The notes under the pieces were generated by a model. It saw only the letters and a list, made by a program, of their open reading frames with translations, was not told the origin of the DNA and did no database searches. A DNA stretch of 64,000 nt from contig NC_086097.1 of the NCBI RefSeq assembly GCF_963921235.1, positions 13,516,001 to 13,580,000 of the forward strand, read 5' to 3'. Positions within the stretch are counted from its first letter, which is position 1. The number at the start of each line of letters is the position of its first letter. Shown in pieces: positions 12,899 through 25,160 of the stretch. The stretch comes from Mobula hypostoma (lineage: Eukaryota). The position numbers were made by a program, and so were the translations under genes.

Positions 12899-13126
12899 TG
12901 TGGTAAACCATATATATGTTGTAACTGGGTTAACTGGCTGGACACGCCACTCTGCTGACTGCCCCTGTGGCTCCTTCCATAGAATCCTGAATAAAGGTGA
13001 TTTCACCTTGCCCCTCCCCCTCAGTCTGGGGGCAGACACTCACCATGGAAGTCGTATTGTACAGTGAATAAAAGCCTTTCAGTATTTACCCTACTTCAAG
13101 CTTTTGGAGTTATTGAAGGTGCTTCA
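12899..13126 (+). mobile_element. Probable solo LTR
   Basis: TG..CA ends, internal aataaa, flanking 5-mers attgg/atggg (TSD with one mismatch). Confidence 0.55.
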
Positions 13127-13229
13127 ATGGGTTCAGTGCTCCAGCACAATTTAATGATCTATTTTCAGTTAAGTGACACTACATTCTTCATAAATCCAAC
13201 TTTCTATGAAATATACAAAAGCCAAATAC

Positions 13230-13710
13230 AGCTGTCCTCAGGACCTGTCCTGGGCTCAGCACGTAATTGCAATGACAAACAAAGCATAGCAGTGTCTCTA
13301 CTTCCTTAGGAGTTTGCAAACATTTGTCATGACATTTGAAACCTTTACAAACTTACATAGATGTGTAGTTGAAAGTATATTGACTAGCTGCATCACAGCC
13401 TGATGTGGAAACACCAATGCCCTTGAAAGGAAAACCCTATAAAAAGTAGTGGATACAGCCCAATCTATCACAGGTAAAGCCCTCCCAAGCATGTTCTTGA
13501 TATTAATTAATTAATTTATTTATGATTATTTCTTCTTTCTGTATTTGCAGAGTTTGTTGTTTTCTGCACTCTGTTGAATGCACTAGTTGTGTGGTCTTTC
13601 ATTAATTGCTGTGGCTATTATTCCATAGATTCATTGAGCATACCCACAAGAAAATGAATCTCAGGGTTGCATACAGTGACTTTGATAATAAATTTACTTT
13701 GAGCTTTGAA
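13230..13710 (+). mobile_element. Rex1/Babar-type LINE 3' fragment
   Basis: Similar to 12190-12830; ends aataaatttactttgagctttgaa. Confidence 0.7.
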
Positions 13711-14344
13711 CAAATAAATTGGACAGCCGATGCTGGAGATCTGGAATGAAAGGAAATAATATAAATGAATATTCAAATGGGCCAGGTGTTAACTCTGGAA
13801 AGAAAACAAACTTAATGATTTGCTAGCTTGAGGGACAAGAAGGTGAGTCATAAGGAAAGATTGCGCCTTTACACAAATGAGTTTGGAAGATTGAGAGAGT
13901 ATCATATTGTAATGTCTAGGTTCTGAGTAAAATTGGCAGGATAATATGCTAAGAGTTTGTATCCCCTTGTGGACTATCTATGGGCCAAATACTCAAGATC
14001 CAATTCACTAAGAAATGAGGAAAATCTATTAAGGACAGACATTTGGTGGAAGAACACTTAGAAGATCTCCTTTGCCTTTGACCAAGAGCACCCTTGACTC
14101 ACTTTTACCACAAAGTATCCATTGTCGCCTCATGGCCATCTCCAATGAATGAGAAATCCAACAGACCATATTGCAACCTCTGGTGAACATCGATGGATGG
14201 GGGAGAAGATGGGAGAGTGGAGTTGAGAGGGACAGTGAATCAGCAATGACTGAATGGCAGAGCAGGTCATAAGAAACTTCTGTTGCAGCAGGAACTTGTG
14301 ACTGATGGGACTGTGCTAAGGTGCAAGTGCATATGAGAAAGAAT

Positions 14345-14870
14345 GGGACATATAGGACATAGGGACAGAATTAGGCTAGTTGACCCATCAGGTCTGCTCT
14401 GCCATTCAATCACAATTTCTTATCCCTTTCAACTCTATTTTCCTGCCTTCTCCCCACTACCTTTGATGCCCTTACTAATTAAAAATCTAGCATCCTCATC
14501 TTTAAAGTCACCCAATGACTTGGCCTCCTCAACTGACTGTGGAAGTGAATTCCACAGATTCACTATCCTTCTCATCTTGTTTTAAAGATACATCCTCTAT
14601 CCTGAGGCTGTTCTCTATGGTCCTAGACTCTCCCACTAATGGAAACATCTTTCATATCTACTCTATCTAGGCCTTTCAATATCCTGTAGGTTTCAAGGAG
14701 ATTCCCCTTCATTCTTCTAAACTCCAGCTATTACAGACCCAGATTTATCAAATGTTCCTCATATGAGAATGATCCTAGGATCATTCTCATAAATGTCTAC
14801 TGGACCCTTCCCAATGCTAGCACCTACTTTGGGGCCCAAATCTACCCACAATGCTCCAACTGCAGGCTGG
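14345..14870 (-). mobile_element. CR1 LINE 3' fragment
   Basis: Reverse complement of the CR1 3' end seen at 4900-5600. Confidence 0.75.
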
Positions 14871-14929
14871 TTAAAGAAAGGTTAAATTAAAGAAATTAGG
14901 TCTGAAACAAAGAAAAGGTCCAAAAATCA

Positions 14930-15560
14930 TTGTTCATGAAAGAACCCCACTGCTGCGCCACGCTCCCCTGCTCAGTGGGCGAGCTTCGGCACAGAACCAG
15001 TTAAAGAGGAAGAACCACAGGGGCCACCAGGCCTGTCCCCGAAGGCTGGTTCTCGGTATGGTACTTCCTCCTGCATATTGCACCCGGCTGTTGTTTACCC
15101 CTCGGAAGGATCGCAACTATAGATAGCATCAGTGCCATGGTGTCTGTCAGGTAGCAGCTGCTTTACACAGCCGCGCTGTGTTAATTGCTCTACTGTGCTT
15201 GCAAATGATTGAGCTGATGAGCTGGCGGAAGCTCCGGCTCGGCTTGTCAGGTGGAGCAGCTCAACAGCGGGAGGAGAAGCAAAATGACCAGGGGCCCCAG
15301 TGGCCGGTTGCCAAAGTGTTTATTTTTTAAAGGGTTTGTAGGGTGGGTAGCTGCTTAGCTTTCAACAGTGACAGACAGGCTGCGACTGGTGCCAACATTT
15401 AGAAGGAGCGCAACGTTTTGTATTCAGTCAGTGTTGCCGGTGAGCTGGATGACAGGTCGACACTGAGTGATTGGCTGGGACAAGGTGGGCTGTTGATTGA
15501 AAGGGCTGGAGTTGGGGCACAGGCTGGCTTTCTTGTGGACTAGTTCATGGAGTCTACCTT
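14930..15560. promoter_or_regulatory. Non-repetitive, relatively GC/CpG-rich segment; possible regulatory element or 5' exon
   Basis: Retains CpGs; has Fox (tgtttac), E-box (cagctg), Meis (tgacag), ETS (cggaag) and CCAAT (gattgg) words; no repeat family recognised. Confidence 0.3.
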
Positions 15561-16169
15561 ACCACCAGTCTGTCCAGTATCGATATCACGATCCTGTTCA
15601 AAAATTGCTTCAGACTCAGTAGTTACCTGAAGTCATGTGCTTAGTAATAGTTTGGTTGAACGATTGTACAGGCAATCGAAAAACTTGGCCTAAAGGCCCC
15701 AGAAGCATGAGTTCTCTGAGGGCAAAGGTTAATCCTTCAAAATGTCATTAGGTCATTAGGAGTACCAGGTAAGCCACAATTTTCTGCAGATAAACTGGAT
15801 TGCCACTGCACTCATAACAATTTGAAATCCATTACTTAAATCTAGAATTAGCAATACAGTGACACTTGAATAAAAATCAAAATATTGATTTGCTAAAGTC
15901 TTTCAACCTTACATGGTCTGGGTTATACGTAAGTACAAACCCACAGCTATGTGGTTGACTCTTACTTGTTCTCTGAAACGGAAGAGTAAGCCAATGAGTA
16001 ATGCCAGACTGCTGTCACAGGTTAAAGCAGAACAAGGAGGGTGCTCAAGTGTAATTAAGGGTTGGGCATTAAATATTAGACCTGACAGAAATGCCAACAC
16101 CTCAAAGAAAAAAAGAAAGATTAGGAAATGCACAAATTGCTTTCTTGAACTCAGCACATTGATTAAATA

Positions 16170-17070
16170 CACATAGTGGCCACTTTATCCTGTACACTTG
16201 TCAATGTAAATTTCTAATCTGTCAATCATGTTGCAGCAACTCAATATATAAAAGCATGCAGACATGGTCAAGAGATTCAGTTGATGTTCAGACCAAACAT
16301 TAGACTAGGGACGAAATGTGATCTAACTGACTTTGACCATGGAATGATTGTTGGTGCCAGATGGTATGGATGGAGTATCTCAGAAACTGCTGATCTCCTG
16401 GGAGTTTTATGCTCAGTCATCTCTATAATTTACAGAATGATGTGTCAAATAAAAAATATCCAGTGAACAATGTTCCCTCTAAGGTGTGTGCGTGCGTCTA
16501 TTCGTGCGCACACATCTTTTGCTACTAGCACGTAAAGGAATTTAAACTGTGCACAAAAGCTTGTCACTGTCTACCTCATTGGCCAGTTAAGTATATTTCA
16601 CGATCGTACACAATCACATTTCCCTTTACGGTTTCTGATGCTGACTGTGTTGATAATGTGGAGTTTGTGATGATTTGTCTTGCTGGTTTATTTATACTGT
16701 TTTTATTGAAGAAATTATTTAATGCACACATGTCATTGTCATTGGGCAAAAACTTGCATAGCCCAAGATTCACAAATTTGTCATTACAAATTAGAGTGAA
16801 CATTGCCAGTGGGTGTCAGTTCCATGGGTGAAGATGCCTTATTAATGAGAGAGGTCAGAGGAGAATGGCTAGACTGGTTTGAGCTGACAGGAAAGAGAGA
16901 GTAACTCAAATAGCCATGTGTTACAACAGTGGTATACAGAAGCGCATCTCTGAATGCATCACACATCAAACTTTGAAGTAGATGGAATACCGTAGCAGAA
17001 GACCAGGAACATATGCTCAGAAGCTTCTTTGTTAGGTATAGGAGGAACTGAATAAGATGGCCACTGAGTG
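16170..17070 (+). mobile_element. Non-autonomous Tc1-like DNA transposon
   Basis: TIRs cacatagtggccactttat / aagatggccactgagtg, TA at the left end; transposase HTH remnant CDLTDFDHGMIVGAR..SISETADLLG. Confidence 0.85.
16468..16805. mobile_element. hAT-type MITE nested in the Tc1 element
   Basis: TIRs caatgttccctctaa / ttagagtgaacattg; 8-bp TSD ccagtgaa/ccagtggg. Confidence 0.8.
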
Positions 17071-17894
17071 CACAAGGTCATTCTTTCACTCAAGTCCTCA
17101 TGTTTTAACGCCAACATTAATTTTCCGAAGGGATTACATTTGAGAATATAATCTAATGTTTAATGAAGATGAGCATTAGAAAGAAAGAAAGAATGCCAAA
17201 AAGATTTTTTTTCCCCAATGAGTATGTAAATTTGAGCAAAGAGCACTTCTTAATTAAATATGTTGAAATCTTAGTGTTGATTAGAACCTTGCTAGCACCC
17301 TGTGGTTCAAGTTTCTGCAGAGGTTTTTCACCTAGAAACAATGACCACATTATGCAGGTTCAGCATTCTCACAAAGCCGTTAACCATACCTCAACTGTCC
17401 TGGGGAATTGGGTGAATAGTCGTTATTTGACTCAGTAGCGAAAATGGGCTGCTTTCTCACTTCTCACAGTTTGTGAGCTGTTTTTGCTCCATCTGGTCTT
17501 CTGAGATAATATCACAAATGTACTTCCCATTCAGCTGCATTCAGACGTTTGCATAAGATATGAGGTGGACGCCATTACGCGAGATGATTTGTCTTATGAG
17601 TGGACCATCTTACAGATGGTCAAATGATCAATTTTGTTAAAATCATCAATTTTATAAGTGGCAGAAATGCAGTTAGTAACTGATTACTTACTTTGTGGTT
17701 TCAACTTGTTTTTTGTGGGGAAAGCCAATGAAGGACTTATCTGTAGTTTTGTTGTTAAAATACATCAGTTACAGGCTTTGCATAGCCTGAGCTGACTTTA
17801 AGATCCTATTTAACTTTATGGTGAACTGTTGATGTTTGAACGATAACATTCAATTACATTTTTCTAGGGTCTAAAACTATTAAAGTTGAAGATT

Positions 17895-18200
17895 TTAAAG
17901 AGCAGCTTTATTTGTCGCATTACATCAGAAAATCGAAATATACAGTGAGATATGTTCTTTGTGTCAATGACCAACACAATCCAAGGGTGTACAGGGGCCA
18001 TCTGGCAAGTGTTGCCATGCTTACAGCATAGCATGCCCACAATTACTTGGAATGTGGGAGGAAACCGGAGAACCCAGGGGAAAGCTCTGACATGATGGGG
18101 AGAGCATACAACCTTCTTAAAGGCAGCGTTGGCAATTGAACCCAGATCACTAAGCGCTGTAGAGCATTGCACTAACCACTGTACCACACGGCCACCCTAT
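17895..18200 (-). mobile_element. V-SINE (HE1-like)
   Basis: gtgggaggaaaccggagaacccagggg V-domain (reverse) and tRNA-like head at ~18170-18200. Confidence 0.65.
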
Positions 18201-18529
18201 ATAATGAATATACTTCTAATTTTCTAATCTGTGATTTATATAATACCGCTTTTACCTTAAATTATTGAAGTATCAGGAGAGTGCAAAAAGTGGCCCATAA
18301 TCTCCTACCTGCTTAGTATTACAGACAAATTTCTATTATTTGCTGCCTTTTCAGATTTTATTTGTGTCCGGAGGAGTATCGATTCAAATAGCACTAAAAT
18401 TGTTAGTAGGCTGGAGTCTGAAGAAGGTTGTCTCGTACTGCATCATTATCTATGGTAGGTGGGGAAAGGAATAGCAGGTGGAATTTAACTCAGACAAGTG
18501 CAAATTGGTATATTTTGGGAAGATTTTTT

Positions 18530-18765
18530 TTTACTTTGAGGTATAACAGGATAAAAGGCCCTTCCAGCCAAATTACACTCATGTGACTAATTAACATACT
18601 AACCCGGATGCCTTTGGGATGTGGGGGGAAACCAGAGCCCCCAAAGGAAACCCAAGAGGTCAAAGGAAGAACATACAAAATCCTTATAGGCAGTAACAAA
18701 ATTGAAGCCAGGGTCGCAGGTACTGTTGTAGCATTTTGCTAACTGCTATGCAACCATACCACCCC
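18530..18765 (-). mobile_element. V-SINE (HE1-like)
   Basis: ctttgggatgtgggggaaaccagagc V-domain (reverse). Confidence 0.6.
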
Positions 18766-18919
18766 CACAGTTAAACAAGGACAGGACTTATACAGTGAAT
18801 GGCAGAGACCTGGTGAATGTTGTAGACCAGAGACATGTTAAGGAAAAGTAGATAGTTCCTTGAAAGTGCCAACACAACTAGACACAGGGTGAAAAAGATA
18901 TTCATTGGGTTGTCACATT

Positions 18920-19810
18920 ACAGTCACGGAGTCAGAAAAGTGCAGCCCAGAAACAGGCCCTTTGGCCCATCTAGTCTGTGCCGGATCATTTAAACTGCCT
19001 ACTCCTATTGACCTGCACCAGGACCATTGCCCTCCATGCCCCTACCACCCATGTACCCACCCAAACTTCTCTTCAATGTTGAAATTCAGCTTGCATCCAC
19101 CACTTGTGCTGGAAAGACAATCCATATTCTCATGATCCTTTGCATGAAGAAGTTTCATTTCATGGTCCCCTTAAATTTGTCACTTTTGACACTTAACCCA
19201 TGAGATCTGGTTGTAGTTCCCTCAACCTCAATAGAAAAAGACTGCTTGCATTTACCCTATCTATACTCCTCATGATTTTGTATACCTCGATCAAATCTCC
19301 CCTCAAGCTTTTATGTTCCAAGGAATAAAGTTCTAACCTATTCAGTCTTTCCTTATAATTCAGGTCCTCCAGTCATAGCAAGATCTTTCATCCTTATTTT
19401 CATCTTTCCTGCAGGTAGAGGACCAGAACTGCACATGATACTCCAAATTAGGCTTCACCAATGTTTTATACAGCTCCAACAAAAAATCCCATCTCCTGTA
19501 CTCAGTGCTTTGAATAATGAAGGCCAACACAAAATAATCTGCAGATGCTGGGGTCAAAGCAACACTTACAACACGCTGGAGGAACTCAGCAGGTCGGGCA
19601 GCATCCGTGGAAACGATCAGTCTACATTTTGGGCCGGAACCCTTCGTCACGATCAGTCCTGACGAAGGGTTGCGGCCCAAAACATTAACTGGTCGTTTCC
19701 ACGGATGCTGCCCGACCTGCTGAGTTCCTCTAGCGTGTTGTGAATAATGAAAGTCAATATGTTAAATAATTTTTCTTTACGACGCTATCTATCTGCAACA
19801 CCACTTTCAG
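18920..19810 (-). mobile_element. CR1 3' fragment, interrupted by a palindromic Penelope insertion
   Basis: Minus strand LELYKTLVKPNLEYHVQFWS; resumes after 19740. Confidence 0.8.
19528..19740. mobile_element. Palindromic Penelope pLTR-only insertion
   Basis: ~85-bp inverted arms (19568-19652 and 19655-19741); 17-bp TSD tgaataatgaaggccaa/tgaataatgaaagtcaa. Confidence 0.85.
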
Positions 19811-19814
19811 TAAT

Positions 19815-20770
19815 GTCATGTTACAGCTACAAGATGTTACTGAGTCAGCACTTGGAATGTTGCATGCAGTTATAGGAAGGCAGACATCCCACCCTGCAAA
19901 AACTAATTTCAGGGAGATAGCACCATCAATTTGCGGGAGACTCCTGGAACTTCCGGGCGAGGTGGGATGTCTGCAATAGAGTAGCTCCTTAGCAGCTAGC
20001 CAGCTAGTTTAAATAACGTTAGCTATGCTAATGAACAAATGACACCTGTTAAACTCACCTCAACATGTCTTTTACAGTCTTAACTAACCCACCACGGGCA
20101 ATAGAAAAGTCACTGTTGCAAACAGCGCAGCGAGCAACACTGTCATTATTTTTGACCCCTATTAGGCAGGGGTAGACTTTAGTGTAGTCTGGGGTGAAGT
20201 ACATTTTTTTTTGGAACACTCTGCCATGGCGCTCTCGCACTCTCTCTTGCTCTCTCTCTCTCTCACTCCCTCTCAAAAAAATCAGTTTCCGGGATATTGT
20301 ATATAATTTCCAGGCATCAGGGAGCTGCTATCAATATGCAGGAGACTCCTGGAACTTTCGGGAAAGGTGGGATGTCTGGGAAGGATGCCTCTAAGATAGA
20401 AAGGGTGCAGAAAAGCTTTTCAACAATTGGCTGGGATTGGGAGGCTTGAGTTATAAGAAGAGACTGGATAGGCTGGAACTTTTCTCCTTGGAGCATAGGA
20501 GTCTGAGGACGAACCTTGAGGGCCACAGATAAGGTAAAGGGCCATAATCATTTTCCCAGGTTACAGGAGTCTAAAATTAGAGGACACACATTTAGGGTGA
20601 GAGGGAAAAGATCTAAAGAGTTTCTGGGGAGTAAGTATTCACAAAGAGCATGGTAGATATACGGAATGAAATTGTAGAAGTGGGTATATTTACAATATTG
20701 AAAAAACATTAAGATAGATGCATGGATAAGTAAAGGTATAGAGGGATATAAGCCAAAGTCAGGCAAAAAA
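19815..20770 (+). mobile_element. CR1 3' fragment interrupted by a hAT-like element
   Basis: ttataggaagg|atgcc host rejoins across the insertion; downstream CR1 ORF2 end is decayed. Confidence 0.65.
19881..20378 (-). mobile_element. Non-autonomous hAT-like DNA transposon with zinc-finger remnant
   Basis: 13-bp TIR cagacatcccacc/ggtgggatgtctg; 6-bp TSD ggaagg; minus ORF ARCAVCNSDFSIARGG resembles a BED-type finger. Confidence 0.75.
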
Positions 20771-20779
20771 AACATTTTA

Positions 20780-21062
20780 AATTTTATTGAGATACAGCCT
20801 GGAATAGGCCCTTCTTCCCCTCAAGTTGCCATGCTGCCCCCTAATCCCCTGATTTAATCCTAGCCTAATCACGGGACAATTTACAATGACCAATTAATCT
20901 ACCAACCAGTACACCTTTGGACCATGGGAGGAAACCGGAGCACTCAGAAGAAACCCATGTGGTCATGGGGAGAGTGTACAAATGCCTTACAGGCAGTGGT
21001 GGGACTTGAACCCGGGTTTCTGGTAGTGTAATGCGTTGTTCTAATATTATGCTACCGTGTCG
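20780..21062 (-). mobile_element. V-SINE (HE1-like)
   Basis: gggaggaaaccggagcactc V-domain; B-box cgggttcaagtccc on the minus strand. Confidence 0.75.
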
Positions 21063-21700
21063 TTATGACCTCTAAACACACATTGGAAAATTAGAGAATA
21101 CAGATGTTGAAATAAAAACAAAAAGTGCTGGAAATAACTATCAAGACGGGCAGCATCTGGGGAGAAAAAAACAAAGTTGACACGCTATGTAAATGACATT
21201 TCAGCAGAATACTGCCCGAGAAAGGAAAGGACAGATTTCCTTTTTAACTTAATTTACTTTGTTTTAATATAATTAATGTTTATTTGTGTGTTATCTGCTT
21301 TTGATACACATTAATTTTATTATGCAATTATTTGAAGCAATTTCAGTACCTCTGAAAATCAGAAACATTGTTTCAAATCCTCACTGACTTTGACAAGAGA
21401 TGGGATTTCTTTACAGTCTTGTTCAAAGACCGTCACAGTGCAAATTCCTCACCACACCTCACTGGATGGATTTGGGATGGGATTTGGGATGGGAGGTGGG
21501 ATCTGTACTGCTGTTAAAGGTCTGTATGTGTGTGTAAGTGAATCTAGTTGACAGGACTAGATGAGCACAATTCAAGCTTTTCATCATCCAATTATTAAGA
21601 ACAAATAAAGATAAGCATCAAATTGCTCTGACCAGAGTTTTTATGGAGGTATTAACCCATATCAAATAAACAGGTGATTAGTTCCGTTACAAACAAGAAC

Positions 21701-21797
21701 AAGTCCTGATGAAAGGTCTCGGGCCTGAAACATTAACTGTACTTTTTTCCATAGATGCTGCTTGGCCTGCTGAGTTCCTCCAGCATTTTGTGTGTGT
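21701..21797 (+). mobile_element. Penelope pLTR copy with a decayed hammerhead motif
   Basis: agtc-CTGATGA-aaggtctcgggcct-GAAAC-att-aactg followed by gatgctgc..gagttcctccagc. Confidence 0.7.
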
Positions 21798-22744
21798 TGG
21801 TTAGTTTTGTTAAATCTGAATGAATATGAGTAAAAGTCTGTTAGGTATTTCTTCAAAATTACAAACAATCATGAAATTGCTACAACAGATATTCATGGGA
21901 TAAAGTTTTTAAAAATGAATTTTAATGAAGTCAAGGAATGAACTTCCAGAGCCAAGAACAAAGTACTGCAAATCTAGGTCTTGTGATCACACAAGACCTT
22001 CTTAAACTGAGAAGGAATTGCTCCAGTCAGACCTGTGTGTGCAACACTCTTTACTTATTTTTGTTAGTGGATCAGACCCTTAATTCCATATCTGTACCTT
22101 AACCTCAAAGTCTATATTTTTATATGATGCTTTGTAATTGTCAAATGTTGCTGTTTTTTATTGCATACCACACCAACATACCACAGTTAATTCCCAATAT
22201 GTGTAAATGTTTGTGTTGAATAATTGATTCTTGATCCTTAAATATAGGAGAAAGAAAGGCTCACCTCTGGTTAATTTCCACCTGTGTGCTGAAATGTTAG
22301 AGACCATTCAAGTGATATGTCAGGAAACAACATCAAACCACATGTCAATGCCAGAGTACTCAAACTACAATTTGCTTGAACATTGTGGGAAACATCACTA
22401 GGAAGTTAAATAACTGTTTAACCCATTTGACAGGAGTAGGGGGGTTTATGGTTAGGTGGTTTCGTGGTAGGCGAAGGTGGGTGTATGTGTGTAGGTGTGC
22501 AAGCATGGTGTGATTTGCAGTTATTTTGTGGTGTGCTTGCAGCGGCCATGTCAGAAAGTGGGAATGGAGCTGATTATTTTGGGTAAGTGAATCTGCAGTA
22601 ATGTATGATTGTAATCAAGCACGGTCATCCTTGATGCACAGTGGCTTTGTCCTGCCTCAGTAAATCCAAATCGTTTGACACAAACTTTCCATGTACAGTT
22701 TGCTCAAAGTCCAAGAGATCACTACAAAATAAAAAATCAAATAA

Positions 22745-22935
22745 CAAGAGAAAATCTGAAGATGCTGGAAATCCAAAGCAACACACACAATATGCTGGAG
22801 GAAATCAGCAGGTCAGGCAGCATCTGTGGAAAAGAGCAAATGGTCAACGTTTCAGGCTGATGAAGCGTCTTGGCCTGAAACATCGACTGGTTGCAGTTTG
22901 CCATGGATGCTGCCTGGCCTGATGATTTCCTCCAT
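22745..22935. mobile_element. Palindromic Penelope pLTR-only insertion
   Basis: Inverted arms tggaggaaatcagcagg..gtttcaggc / gcctgaaac..atttcctcca; 11-bp TSD aaatcaaataa (22734-22744 and 22936-22946). Confidence 0.8.
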
Positions 22936-23024
22936 AAATCAAATAATGTTTTTTATGTGCATTCTATTTGTTCAAGTGTTTCATTGGCAGCAATTTGAGC
23001 TCGCCAGAAATATTTGTAAAATAA

Positions 23025-23378
23025 AACCATAAGATATAGGAGCAGAATTAGGCCATTTGGCCCATCAAGTTTGCTCCCCCATTTCATCATGGCTGATCCA
23101 TTTTTCTTCTCAGCTCCAATCTCCTGCCTTCCCACCACCCGATATTCCTTCATGCCCTGACTAATTAAGAATCTATCAACCTCTTCCTTAAATGTCATAA
23201 AGACTTAGCCTCCACAGCTGCCTGTGGCAATGAATTCCACAGATTCACCACTCACTGGCCAAAGAAATTCTTCCTTATCTCCATTCTAAAAAGATGTCCC
23301 TCTATTCTAAGGCCTCTCCACATCCATTCGTTTGAGGCCTTTCACCAGTCAATAGGTTTCAATGAGGTCATCACTCAT
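23025..23378 (-). mobile_element. CR1 3' end
   Basis: accataagatataggagcagaattaggcc tail (reverse); FKEEVDRFLISQG. Confidence 0.85.
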
Positions 23379-23645
23379 GTTATTGTGTATCACTTAATAT
23401 TTTGAACAGAGCTTATTGATTTGTTGCTCAGATATGTATCAGTGAGAGACCACAAGATCACAAGAAAAGAGGAGAATGAGTAGACTAACAAGCTGCTCAA
23501 GACTGTCCTAACATTAATATGATCATGGTTGATCTAGTCAGTCTTCAATTCCTCTTCTGTGCCAGTTTCCCTAGCACCCTCAATTCTTCAATCTTTCACA
23601 AATTTATCTATCTACCTTAACTATTGGGTGGCAAGGTGACAATGT

Positions 23646-24198
23646 ATTAGATTAGATTATGAGGACACGCAGTCCTTTTTTATTGTCATTTAGTAACGCA
23701 TGCATTAAGAAATGATACAATATTCCTCTGGTGTGATATCACAGAAACACAGGACAGACCAAGACTGAAAAACTGACAAAAACCACATAATTATAACATA
23801 TAGTTACAACACTGCAAGCAATACCGTAACTTGATGAAGAAAAGGCCGTGAGCATGGTAAATAAAAGTTCAAAGTCTCTCGAAAGTCCCACATCTCACGC
23901 AGACGGGAGAAGGAAGAAAACTCTTCTTGCCATGCCTGACCACAGTCTGACTCTGAGTCGTCCGTAAACTTCGAACCTCCGACCAGCCCTCCGACACCGA
24001 GCACCGAGCACCATCTCTACCGAGCGCTTCGACCCCAGCCCCAGCCGCCAGCAGCAGGCAAAGCCAAGGATTTGGGGCCTTCCCTCCAGAGATTCTCGAT
24101 CGCACAGTAGCAGCGGCAGCGAACCGTCAGTTCAGAAGTTTCTCCAGATGTTCCTCCGTGCTTCTCACGTCTGTCTCCATCAAATCAGAATTGTGCAC
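23646..24198 (-). mobile_element. CpG-rich non-coding retroelement with (aatct)n tail; copy of 52801-53470
   Basis: Long near-identical reverse-complement match to 52881-53470. Confidence 0.8.
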
Positions 24199-24231
24199 AT
24201 CTCTTTCACAGAGAATACATCTTTGCAAAAG

Positions 24232-24526
24232 GAAGTGTAAGGTGCTTCTCCCCTCTGCTAGCCTGCAGGTCAACCTTGGGCAAGGTGTCGCACCTGCTTA
24301 GCCCACCGAATCAGGGCTGCGTGCAGCTATGGGAGCAGGTGGTGGATGGTCATATGAGCAGCTGGTGCACATCACAAGTCCTGGTTATGTGACTATTGAC
24401 ACCAGGCAGACAATCTCCCAAGAATATTGATAATGGAAAGACACTGTCCTGAGGAAGTCATTGGCAAACCACCTCTTTAGAAAAATTTGCCAAGAATAAT
24501 CATGGTCAAGACCATGATCGCCAACA
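24232..24526 (+). mobile_element. SINE-like element with RTE-type 3' end
   Basis: ggcaaaccac..tttgccaagaataatcatgg resembles RTE/BovB-type tails. Confidence 0.45.
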
Positions 24527-25160
24527 CTTCTGTACTCTTAGTAAAAAGATCACTGCATACCTCAGCCATATACTTCAGCATGGTGCTAGTACTCAGGGGC
24601 CTTAGGGTAGTTTGACGGAAATACTGCAACAATATGATGATTAATTTTTCATCCTCTGAGAGAAAAGGAAGGACATTCATTTATTACATCTCTCCTGACC
24701 CCTCAGTTCATCCAAAGACACTCTTCGCCCTATTAAATAATGTTGAAGTGTAGACGCTGATGTTGTAGGAAGGACAACAGTCAGTATCAACAAAGATCCC
24801 ACTAATCCGCAGCACAATAATACCTAATAATCTGTTGATGGTGAATGTTGGTTGAGAGATGGATGAGTCTGTCAGTGTTGAGATCCCGTGTGTCATTCCT
24901 TCTCCTGACTTATCCAATCAAACGTTCAGAAATGTCTCTGGTGCTGTCAGAACAGGAGCCAATTTAGGTCAGGAACAGTAAATACATCAGTCTAAATCCT
25001 GGAGCGCACAATCCAATGACATTTTGAACTGAAGCAATTCAAGAAGGTACTTCACCACCATTTTCTCAAGGACAATTGGGAATGGGCAATAAATGCCAGT
25101 GACATATATATCTATATATATGTGTCAAAAAATTGAAAAAAAATATTATTAATCTGTTAT

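Noticed and set aside
24700..24900. Possible ancient Deu-domain SINE remnants (also ~37740-37920 and ~51700-51870)
   Set aside because: Resemblance is too decayed to support by eye; needs a Dfam/nhmmer search
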